Below are positions 37,682 to 47,224 of a stretch of 64,000 nt of DNA, one piece after another. Origin of the DNA: an uncultured Clostridia bacterium. GTDB lineage: Bacteria > Bacillota > Clostridia > TANB77 > CAG-508. Where the stretch lies: assembly GCA_948777935.1 (NCBI GenBank), contig CAQDYY010000002.1, forward strand, positions 43,251-107,250. The letters are read 5' to 3'. The translations under genes and the position numbers were made by a program. Under the pieces are notes generated by a model. The model saw nothing but the letters and a program-made list of their open reading frames with translations. It searched no databases and had not been told where the DNA came from. How positions within the stretch are numbered: the stretch's first letter is position 1; each line of letters begins with the position of its first letter.

Positions 37682-39478
37682 CTACATTATAGGAAGAACA
37701 ATTTTAAAAGTAGTACCTTTATTAATTTCAGATTCAAACGTCATATTACCATTAAAATGACCACGAATAGTAGAATAAGACATAAACAAACCAAGCCCCG
37801 TACCATTCTTACCCTTTGTAGTAATCATCTCCTTAAACAACTTATCCTTAACCTCTTGAGGCATACCACAACCATGGTCAGCAACCAAAATAACAATAGA
37901 AGAACCATTCTTATCTACAACAAGATCAATAGACTCATTAGTTTTACCATTATAAGACTGAATAGCATTTGAAATCAAGTTATTAACAACCTGAACCAAA
38001 CTATTAACATTTCCATTTAAAACAACAGAAGAATCTATTTTTACATCTATATTCAAATCAATTAAAGCATTCTTTAGTTCATGTTTCATTAAAATATTAA
38101 TACGCTTTAACAATTCTTCAACAGTAAAACTATTAGACTCACTTTCAGACAAAGTAACAGCCTGACCTTTAACAGCCGTAATAATATCAGACATATACGA
38201 AGTATGAGTCTTAATCTTATCAATCCAAGTATCCATATCATGAGCAATATCATGATGGTCAGCAACAGTAACCTCAGGATCACCAACAGAAGAATCATAC
38301 TCCTTAACCAAATCAGACAAACCTTCAGCAGCACCAGCAATAGACATAATAGGAGTCTTCAAGTTATGAGCAATACCACCAATCATCTGACCTAAAGAAG
38401 CAAGACGTTCCTTTTCAACTAACATATTTTGATTATTTTGAATAGTTTGCATATCCTCCATATGTTGAGTAATATCTTTAAACAAAATTAAAGTTCCTAA
38501 AAAATTTCCCTTACTAGTAATATTGTTAATTTCAATATTAAAATACTTATTCAATTTACTAAAATGCCTTTGAAAAGTAAAAGTTTCTAATGAATGTTTG
38601 GCTTTATCTAAAGCCAAAATAAGTTCATCTATATCAGTATAACTAGAATCTAATAATTTATTAAAATCAGTATTTCTAATACTATTAGCTGTAAAATTAA
38701 AAGTTTTTAAAAAAGTTTCATTAAAATCAGTAATAACATTATCATAATTTAAAATTAAATAACTATCAGAAATGCGGTCTACAATTCTTTGCAAAGCAAT
38801 AGGTGATACACTTAAAAATTGGAATCGAAAAATTGCAACATAATAAAATGAAACTCCAATAAAGAAAGTAATCGGTGTTATATAAATAGTAGAAGCAACA
38901 ACACCAAAAGTAGCAAGAGCGTTAATAACAACAGGTATTACTGTACCAATAACAATCAAAATTGATTGTTTTGAAAAGAAACCAGAATTTTTAATACTAT
39001 AAATTAATAAATAAGCAAGAGCTATTCCTAAAAAAGCATAGGAATAAATAGAATGCACTATAAAATATGCCCCAAATACTGTTTCTTTTAAATTAATTGA
39101 ATAAGTAACATAGAACAAATGATGTAAATCATTTGTCCATAACACTAAAAGTGATATAATAGGAACAACAAATAGCAGTAAATGTCTTTTCTTTAGCTTT
39201 AATTTAGTATTTGCAAACACAAGGCTTGTAAGGAACAAAGTAACAGGAAAGAAACAAGCACAAATATATGCAAAATAGTCAAAATAAACTGGCGGAATAT
39301 GTAATAAATCACTAAGTAATATTTGTAATAATACAAAAACACATAAAACTAGCAATAAAAACAAGTCAATAGCAAAAAAACGTTGTAACTGATTACGATT
39401 TTTCTGTTTAAATACAGAAAAAAGTAGTAAACCTGTTATCACTAAAGAAACAGAAATTAAAATAGCATAAATATTCAT
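37682..39478 (-). CDS. Sensor histidine kinase with multi-TM N-terminal domain.
   Basis: About 7 hydrophobic helices. H-box GGIAHNLKTPIMSI. HATPase GCGMPQEV..GTGLGLFMS. ATG 39478 lies 7 nt after an AGGAGG that overlaps the NRPS stop codon TAG (39490-39492). Confidence 0.8.
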   Translation of the reverse strand: MNIYAILISVSLVITGLLLFSVFKQKNRNQLQRFFAIDLFLLLVLCVFVLLQILLSDLLHIPPVYFDYFAYICACFFPVTLFLTSLVFANTKLKLKKRHLLLFVVPIISLLVLWTNDLHHLFYVTYSINLKETVFGAYFIVHSIYSYAFLGIALAYLLIYSIKNSGFFSKQSILIVIGTVIPVVINALATFGVVASTIYITPITFFIGVSFYYVAIFRFQFLSVSPIALQRIVDRISDSYLILNYDNVITDFNETFLKTFNFTANSIRNTDFNKLLDSSYTDIDELILALDKAKHSLETFTFQRHFSKLNKYFNIEINNITSKGNFLGTLILFKDITQHMEDMQTIQNNQNMLVEKERLASLGQMIGGIAHNLKTPIMSIAGAAEGLSDLVKEYDSSVGDPEVTVADHHDIAHDMDTWIDKIKTHTSYMSDIITAVKGQAVTLSESESNSFTVEELLKRINILMKHELKNALIDLNIDVKIDSSVVLNGNVNSLVQVVNNLISNAIQSYNGKTNESIDLVVDKNGSSIVILVADHGCGMPQEVKDKLFKEMITTKGKNGTGLGLFMSYSTIRGHFNGNMTFESEINKGTTFKIVLPIM

Positions 39479-39489
39479 TTTCAAACCTC

Positions 39490-42400
39490 CTAATTTAATT
39501 TAATATTAAAATACCCAATATCTGCTAAATATTTTAAATAATTGTGTATGTAACGAGTATCAATATAAGGCCATTCAAAACCAATCTTTTCTAAAATAGC
39601 AGTTGTAAAATCTGATTTTATTTTTATGTTAGAATCATAAACAAGCTTTTTATCAGTATTTAAATCATTAATAATTCCCTCTAAATAGTTTTTCTTTTCT
39701 TCATCTTGTAATAAAGTATCAAGAATATTAACGAATTCATCAGAAGATACTATTTTTAAAGGAACACCTAATTCAGTTAAAGTAGTAAATAGCCTATCCA
39801 TAGTAACATGTTTCTCGTTTAACAAATGAAAAACCGAGAAATTTTCATTAAAATGGCTACCAAGAGCAATAATAGCATCTCCACAAAAGTCGATAGGTGT
39901 AAACTCCACATAACTATCTAACAAGTAATCTGGTGCATAACCAATTTGCAAAATAGACTTGAAACGATTAACAAAAGCATTTTCAAAATGGTTTTGTTGA
40001 AATTTTCCTTCTGTAAAACGACTTGTTAAATTACCCATTCTTAAAACATATGCTTTCAAACCACGTAAAATAGCATCAAAAACTAAACACTCTGCTTCAA
40101 ATTTACTCTTAATATATAAATTCTCAATATTTTGACCAATATAAAAATCATTTTCCCTAAAATTTTTATCTTCTTTAAAATTATGTTCCACAAAAGACTG
40201 CTCAGCAAGGGCATTACCAGAAACACTAATAGTAGAAATATGCAGTAAACGTAAATCAAAATCTTCACAAAAATCAATAATACGTTTTGTACCATTAATA
40301 TTAACCGCCTCAAACTCGCTAAAAATGCCAAAATGCTTAACCATAGCAGCCGAATGGATAACAGTAGTAATGGTATGTCCTAATTTTTTATACTCATCAT
40401 CATCTAAACCTAAATTATCAAAAGTAATATCACCCTCTACTAAAAAGATTCTTTTACCAATGTATTTATCATATTTATCATTAAAATAGAAATGTAAAAC
40501 ATTTTTTAAACGATCCATAGCAGACATATTATTTTTTTCACGAATAAGGCAATAAATATTTCCAGTTTCCTTTTTAATAAAGCTATCTAAAATATGAGCA
40601 CCTAAAAAACCAGTAAAACCGCTTAATAGCACATTTCCCATAGAAGTATAAGGCATATTTGTAACTTTATCTAATGAATTCTTCTTTAATATAGTATCAT
40701 ATTTTGAATAATCTAAAACTTGGCTAGTTTCCACATTAGGGGTGGTATTAATACAATTTGCAAGCTCGCGAATAGATGGATACTTAAATATATCAGCATA
40801 ACGCACAGAAAGCCCCATACTTAAGGCTTCAATCTCTATTTTCATAGCACCCAAAGAATCACCACCTAAATCAAAGAAACTATCAGTAACACTAATATCA
40901 GTATCTTTTAAAAGCTTTTGATAAATTTTTAATAGTTTTTCTTCAATTTCGTTTTTAGGCTTTTGACAAATCCTACTACGTAAATCTTTTTTAAAATTAG
41001 TAGGTAAAGCATGTTTATCAATTTTACCATTTGTATTAATTGGCAACTTATCTAATTGCATCATATGAACTGGCAACATATAAGTAGGTAACTTCGTTTT
41101 TAAATATGTCTTCAAAGAAGAAATATCAACTTTAGAACTAGCTACAAAATAAGAGCAAATAGTCTTTTCATCATTCAATAATTGAACAACAGTTGCACAC
41201 TCTTTCATACCAGTATACTCTAAAATAGTAGAACTAATTTCATTTAATTCAATACGAAAACCACAAATTTTAACTTGGTTATCAATTCTACCCAAAAATT
41301 CCACACTACCATCTGGAAGCCATCTTGCTAAATCACCTGTTTTATATAACCTACCTTCTGCAAAAGGATTTTTAATAAATTTTTGAGAACTTAACTCTGG
41401 GTTATTTAAGTAACCTCTTGCAACACCATCTCCACCAACCCATAATTCTCCAGCAAAACCTACGGGTAAAAGCTTTCCACTAGAAGACACAACATAACAA
41501 GTTGAATTAGAAATAGGATATCCAATAGGAATATTTGAATTATATGTCTTAGTAATAGGGAAGCAACAAGAAAAAGTAGTATTTTCTGTCGGTCCATAAC
41601 CATTAATTACTTGCAGATTAGGATTAGCTACTCTTACCATATTAATATGTTTTGGAGAAAGCACATCTCCGCCAGTTAATAAGTAATGTACATGGCTAAA
41701 CATATGAGGATTATCCTCACAAAGTTGGTTAAATAAAGGTGCAGTAAGCCATAAAGTATGAATATTATGAGTAATTAAATATGTTTCTAAACATGAAGTA
41801 TCTAATAAATTTGATTTCTTTATTAAATGCAGTTCACATCCATGTAACAAAGCACCCCATATTTCAAAAGTACAAGCATCAAAAACAATAGAGCCAGTCT
41901 GTAAAATCGCAGTATGTTCAGTAAAAGTAATATAATTTGTATTTTCTACTAAACGGATAATACTCTTTTGCTCAATCATAGTACCTTTTGGATTACCAGT
42001 AGAACCAGAAGTATACATTACATATCCTAAATCAGTACTTGTATTTAAATCATCCAAATTCTCTATATTTTCATTATCACTATAAATATTTTCATTTGTC
42101 AAATCAATACAAATAGATTGAATAGTAGAATTAGACTTTTCTACAAATTCAAGATTTGTTAATAACATTTTTGAAGCAGAATCACGAATCATATAATCAA
42201 TACGATTCTTTGGATAATTTACATCAATAGGCAAATAAGCACCACCTGCTTTTAAAATTCCTAAAATAGCAATTATCATTTCAAGTGATTTATCTAACAA
42301 AATACACACAATAGACTCTTTTGTAATACCATTTGCACGCAAATAGTGAGCCAATTGGTTTGACTTTCTATTCAATTGTTCATATGTTAAACTTTCATTT

Positions 42401-45400
42401 TCATACACTACAGCTATATGATTTGGTGTTTTTTTAACTTGTTCTTCAAATAGTGAATGAAGACTTGCACTATTTGGATATACAGTCTTAGTATTATTAA
42501 ATTTATTTAAAATTAAGTTTTGTTGTTCATTATTTACTAAATCTAATTCTCCAAGTTTACGGTTTTTATCTTTTAACATTTCACAAATAATCTGTAAATA
42601 AGTATCAGCTAAAGATTCAATTGTCGAAGATTCCCATAAATCAGTTGCATATTCAATGTTTAAATCACAATCATATTCCTGTGGCACAATTTCAAAAGAA
42701 AAATCAAATTTTGAAATATTAGTAGGAATAAGATTAACTGTTGTAACAGTACCTTTAAGTTCAACCGCAGGATAATTTTCATTTTGATAAATAAACATAG
42801 TATCAAAAATTGGATTTCTATTACTTTCTCTTACAAGTCCTAAGTCATTTACCAACTCATTAAAAGGGTAAGACTGATGACTAAAACTATTTAAAACAGT
42901 TTCTTTAATTTGCATACAAAAATCAAAAACAGAAATATCATTTTTTACAATAGATTTTGTAACAATATTATTAACAAACATTCCAACTAGTAAATCTGTC
43001 ACATCTGGAATACGATTTGCTATTGGTGAACCTACAATTACATCTTCCTGCATACAAAAATTAGAAAGCAAAACATGGTAACAAGCAAGCAAGAACATAT
43101 AAGGTGTAATATGAACTTTATTACAAAAATCATATATCTGCTTCATGGTTTGCTCATCAATTTTCTTAAATAATTTATTACCTTTGTAATTAGACCTTTC
43201 TGGTCTAACATGGTCAAGAGGCATATTTAAAACAGGTAAGTTAGATAACTCATTTACCCAAAAATCCTTATCGTTTTTAAAAGAACCATTTTGTAAAGAT
43301 GTATTTTCCCATTCAGCATAATCCAAATAAGAAATAGAAAGTGGTTCTAATGCAGTATCCTCATATAACTTACATAATTCATCAATAAATAAATTTAAAG
43401 ACAATCCATCACATATAATATGATGAAGATCTAAAAATAGATATAATTCCATATTAGAAATTTTTACTAAAGAACAATGCATTAAAGGTGCATTATCCAA
43501 AGAAAAAGGTTTTACAAAATCTGCAAATGCATCTTCTAAACAATTATATTGTATAGTATCAATTTTAAAATTAACATCATCTTTAGAAAGTAATTTACTT
43601 ACAATCTCTCCATTTTCCTGTACAAAACAAGTACGTAATACATCATGACGATAAATAAGCTTAATCAAACAATTTGTTAATTTTTCAATATCTATATTTT
43701 CTGGAAGTTTAATATATCCAGGCATATTATATAAAACAGAATTAGGATTTAATTTACAAGCCAAATAAACACGTTTTTGTGCAGAAGATAAAGTGTAAAA
43801 ATCCTTTTTATTTACTTTTTTAATATGTATTTTATTAGATTTTGGAGCCGTATTTAAAAAGTCTGCAAAATCACGAATAGACGAAAAATCATACAATTCT
43901 TTAACAGAAACTTGAATATTAAATTCATTTTGTATTTTTGCCGCAAAACGAATTAAATTCAAAGAATCCATACCAATACTAAAAAAGTCATCTAACATGC
44001 TAAAATATCTGCTACCAATAATATCAGCAAGTATATCAAAAACCATTTCTTCCAATTCATTTTGAGGAGGAACAATTTCAAGCTCTTGTGTCATATCTGG
44101 TATAGGATATGTCTTTAAAGACTTACGATCTGTTTTACCATTTGGTGTTTTGGGAAGTTCTTCTAAAATTACAAAATAAGAAGGAACCATATAATTTGGT
44201 AAACAAGCAATTAGAAAAGCCTTCAAACTAGAGATATCAACAATTTCACTACTTTCTATAAAAGCATATAAGAAATCTGTTCCATTTTGATTACGAACAA
44301 CAACAGCAGATTTTATGCTAGGGTTATAACTATTAATTTTTTCTTCAATTTCTCCTAACTCAATACGTAAACCTCTTAATTTTACTTGATTATCGCTTCT
44401 TCCTTTACAACAAATACAACCATCATCTAGCCATAAACCTAAATCACCAGTTTTATAAAATAAAGAATTATCACAAAAAGGATTTGGCAAAAAACTTTTA
44501 TCTGTCAAATCTGGTTTTGCTAAATAACCTTTACCTAGTCCATCACCTGCAATATAAATTTCCCCAACATGATGCTTTGGTAATAGGTTTTTATGTTCAT
44601 CTAAAATATAAAACTGTGTATTAGCAATAGGTTTTCCAATATTAATATCACATAAATTAGTAGCGTCTTGTACAGAAGAAAATATTGTAGTTTCAGATGG
44701 ACCATACCCATTATAAACAGTACAATTAGGGCAAGTCTTTTTAATACGTTGTACTAAATCAAAGGGTAATTGTTCTCCTGCAAGAATAATATATTTTAAA
44801 CTAGAAAAATTATTAATATCTTTTAAATTATCCAAATGAAACCTCATAACAGAAGGTGTAGTTTGAATAATTTCGATTTTATTATTTGCAACTAATTTTT
44901 CTAAATGTTCAGTTGATTTTTGCTCGAAGTTGTCTGTCATAAACAAATGCAAACCATTTGCTAAGGAAATAAGAGTTTCAAAAGCAAAAATATCAAAAGA
45001 AACCGTAGTAATAGATGCAATACGGTACTTAACATTATCAGTTAAATACGAAATTCTTTTCCTCATAGCATGGTGAAAATTAGCCAAAGATTTTTGTGTA
45101 AGCATAACCCCTTTTGGTAAACCTGTAGAACCAGAAGTATATATTAAATAAGATAAATCATAAGGTTTAGAAATAGATTTAAGGTTTGTAGTGTTATTAA
45201 GATAAAAATCTTGGTTTAAATCAACATATATAACAGTATTACAATGAACATCTTTGTTTAAGTCTCGCTTAGTTAAAAGAACTTGACAATTACTATCTTC
45301 CAACATATAGTTAATTCTATTATCTGGATAATCAGGGTCTATAGGAATATAGCCACCACCAGACTTTAAAACAGCTAAAATAGAAATCATCATCTCAAAA

Positions 45401-46944
45401 GAACGGTCTAACATAATACCTACAATAGAATTATTTGTAACACCATTTTGGCTTAAACGATAAGCTAAACTATTTGCTTTTTTATTTAAAGTTTCATAAT
45501 CCATATCTTGCCCTTGAAAAGTAATAGCAACATTATTAGGATGCATGTTTACTTGCTCTTCAAAATAAGAAATAAAAGGAATATTTTCATCATATTCTAA
45601 ATCTGTATTATTAAATCCATATAAAAGTTCATACTTTTCCTTAGAAGTTACAATTTCAATATTATGCACACACACATCTAAATTATTAAGTACTTGATGA
45701 ATCATATGTAAAATACGCTCATGAATAGCAGAAATTTCTTCTTTATCATATTTATTAACACGATAATCATAAGCAATATTAATACATCCGGTATCATTTA
45801 AATCAAGCAAGTGAATATCTAAATCATCACCACAAGTACCATTAAATATCCAATCAGTATCATAAGATATATTATTTTCTAAATTAGTCTTTGTAATTTG
45901 ATAAGACATAACAACATTATATAAATTAGGTAAATTAGGGTTTTTACTTCTCAAATCCTCTAATATATACTGATAAGAATACTTTTGGTGGCGAAGCATA
46001 CTTAAAGAATCCTTTGCAATATTACATACAAAAGATTTAAAAGTTTGGTTATCTTGCAAATTTATTCTATAAGGTACAATATTAATAAACATACCCATAG
46101 TATTTTTTTCTTTAAAATTAGTTCTATTTAAAATAGGAGTTCCAATTACAAAATCATCTAAATTAGAAACTCTACCAATATAAATTGCATACATAGCCAT
46201 AAAGAAATTAAAAACAGAAACATTTGCATTTTTACAAAAAGCCCCAATGTTTTCTACAATTTCTTTTGGGATAGTATATGTAATACGGTTTGCTTCACAA
46301 GAAAAAGTATCATTACCAGATTTCTTTACAGGAATAGAAGCGGGTTCTGGAATAGTATCAAAAATAGAATTCCAGTAAGCTTTATCTTTATTAAACTTAT
46401 CACTATCAATATATTCTTTTTCAGTTTGAATGTAATTAGAGTAGGAAGAAACTGTGCTAAAATCTGGTTCTTTTCCATCCATTAAATTAGCATAAGTACC
46501 TACTACTTCCTTAGCAATTAAACCTAAAGTCCAAGAATCAGAAATTAAATGGTGTAAATTTGGAATAAATCCACCGCTACCATTTGGAAAGCGGAATAAT
46601 TTAAAATTAAATAATTTTGCATTAGTATCAAAAACATTCTTTACAAAATCATTTTCTACCTTAACAAGTTCTTCATCTGTCAAAACATCAGCTATTTCTA
46701 TATCAAAAGGTTCATAATCTGCTATATATTGTTTTATTTCGTTATTTTCCATACACAATCTAATATTGAAACTCTCATTATGTTCTACAACAAGATTAAT
46801 AGCCTTTTTCAACAAATCAAAATTTACAACCTCATGTATAAAAGCAACTCCACCAATATTATTAATACTAGAACCTTTAAAATACTGTTCTGTAATAAAA
46901 ATAGACTTTTGTGGTGCAGTTAAATCAAATAGATTTTTCCCCAT
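39490..46944 (-). CDS. Bimodular NRPS, C-A-T-C-A-T-R (terminal thioester reductase), 2484 aa.
   Basis: C1 HHLISDSW. A1 LIYTSGSTGLPKGV, YKTGDLG, GRSDNQVKLRGLRIELGEIE, PNGKTDRK. T1 FFSIGMDSL. C2 HHIICDGLS. A2 VMYTSGSTGNPKG, YKTGDLARW, GRIDNQVKICGFRIELNEI. T2 FFDLGGDSLGAM. R LLSGFTGFLGAHIL and YIKSK. Confidence 0.9.
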   Translation of the reverse strand: MGKNLFDLTAPQKSIFITEQYFKGSSINNIGGVAFIHEVVNFDLLKKAINLVVEHNESFNIRLCMENNEIKQYIADYEPFDIEIADVLTDEELVKVENDFVKNVFDTNAKLFNFKLFRFPNGSGGFIPNLHHLISDSWTLGLIAKEVVGTYANLMDGKEPDFSTVSSYSNYIQTEKEYIDSDKFNKDKAYWNSIFDTIPEPASIPVKKSGNDTFSCEANRITYTIPKEIVENIGAFCKNANVSVFNFFMAMYAIYIGRVSNLDDFVIGTPILNRTNFKEKNTMGMFINIVPYRINLQDNQTFKSFVCNIAKDSLSMLRHQKYSYQYILEDLRSKNPNLPNLYNVVMSYQITKTNLENNISYDTDWIFNGTCGDDLDIHLLDLNDTGCINIAYDYRVNKYDKEEISAIHERILHMIHQVLNNLDVCVHNIEIVTSKEKYELLYGFNNTDLEYDENIPFISYFEEQVNMHPNNVAITFQGQDMDYETLNKKANSLAYRLSQNGVTNNSIVGIMLDRSFEMMISILAVLKSGGGYIPIDPDYPDNRINYMLEDSNCQVLLTKRDLNKDVHCNTVIYVDLNQDFYLNNTTNLKSISKPYDLSYLIYTSGSTGLPKGVMLTQKSLANFHHAMRKRISYLTDNVKYRIASITTVSFDIFAFETLISLANGLHLFMTDNFEQKSTEHLEKLVANNKIEIIQTTPSVMRFHLDNLKDINNFSSLKYIILAGEQLPFDLVQRIKKTCPNCTVYNGYGPSETTIFSSVQDATNLCDINIGKPIANTQFYILDEHKNLLPKHHVGEIYIAGDGLGKGYLAKPDLTDKSFLPNPFCDNSLFYKTGDLGLWLDDGCICCKGRSDNQVKLRGLRIELGEIEEKINSYNPSIKSAVVVRNQNGTDFLYAFIESSEIVDISSLKAFLIACLPNYMVPSYFVILEELPKTPNGKTDRKSLKTYPIPDMTQELEIVPPQNELEEMVFDILADIIGSRYFSMLDDFFSIGMDSLNLIRFAAKIQNEFNIQVSVKELYDFSSIRDFADFLNTAPKSNKIHIKKVNKKDFYTLSSAQKRVYLACKLNPNSVLYNMPGYIKLPENIDIEKLTNCLIKLIYRHDVLRTCFVQENGEIVSKLLSKDDVNFKIDTIQYNCLEDAFADFVKPFSLDNAPLMHCSLVKISNMELYLFLDLHHIICDGLSLNLFIDELCKLYEDTALEPLSISYLDYAEWENTSLQNGSFKNDKDFWVNELSNLPVLNMPLDHVRPERSNYKGNKLFKKIDEQTMKQIYDFCNKVHITPYMFLLACYHVLLSNFCMQEDVIVGSPIANRIPDVTDLLVGMFVNNIVTKSIVKNDISVFDFCMQIKETVLNSFSHQSYPFNELVNDLGLVRESNRNPIFDTMFIYQNENYPAVELKGTVTTVNLIPTNISKFDFSFEIVPQEYDCDLNIEYATDLWESSTIESLADTYLQIICEMLKDKNRKLGELDLVNNEQQNLILNKFNNTKTVYPNSASLHSLFEEQVKKTPNHIAVVYENESLTYEQLNRKSNQLAHYLRANGITKESIVCILLDKSLEMIIAILGILKAGGAYLPIDVNYPKNRIDYMIRDSASKMLLTNLEFVEKSNSTIQSICIDLTNENIYSDNENIENLDDLNTSTDLGYVMYTSGSTGNPKGTMIEQKSIIRLVENTNYITFTEHTAILQTGSIVFDACTFEIWGALLHGCELHLIKKSNLLDTSCLETYLITHNIHTLWLTAPLFNQLCEDNPHMFSHVHYLLTGGDVLSPKHINMVRVANPNLQVINGYGPTENTTFSCCFPITKTYNSNIPIGYPISNSTCYVVSSSGKLLPVGFAGELWVGGDGVARGYLNNPELSSQKFIKNPFAEGRLYKTGDLARWLPDGSVEFLGRIDNQVKICGFRIELNEISSTILEYTGMKECATVVQLLNDEKTICSYFVASSKVDISSLKTYLKTKLPTYMLPVHMMQLDKLPINTNGKIDKHALPTNFKKDLRSRICQKPKNEIEEKLLKIYQKLLKDTDISVTDSFFDLGGDSLGAMKIEIEALSMGLSVRYADIFKYPSIRELANCINTTPNVETSQVLDYSKYDTILKKNSLDKVTNMPYTSMGNVLLSGFTGFLGAHILDSFIKKETGNIYCLIREKNNMSAMDRLKNVLHFYFNDKYDKYIGKRIFLVEGDITFDNLGLDDDEYKKLGHTITTVIHSAAMVKHFGIFSEFEAVNINGTKRIIDFCEDFDLRLLHISTISVSGNALAEQSFVEHNFKEDKNFRENDFYIGQNIENLYIKSKFEAECLVFDAILRGLKAYVLRMGNLTSRFTEGKFQQNHFENAFVNRFKSILQIGYAPDYLLDSYVEFTPIDFCGDAIIALGSHFNENFSVFHLLNEKHVTMDRLFTTLTELGVPLKIVSSDEFVNILDTLLQDEEKKNYLEGIINDLNTDKKLVYDSNIKIKSDFTTAILEKIGFEWPYIDTRYIHNYLKYLADIGYFNIKLN

Positions 46945-47224
46945 AAAAACCCCCTAAAATTAAACGTCCTTTTAAATTTATATATAATTTCAAATTCACA
47001 TTATAGGGGGCGATTATAAATCGCCCGCTAAAAAATGTATTTCTTTTACAAAATTATATAATTAACCCCATAAAAAAGAAACGTTTTTGGCAAATGTTAC
47101 CAAAACTAAATATGATTGTAATATTTATGTAACAAAATGTATAGAAATACAGCAAAAAATATCAAACAAACCGATTAAAAAAATGAAAAATGGAAAAAAT
47201 TAAAAAGAGAAAAGAAGGTGTTTT

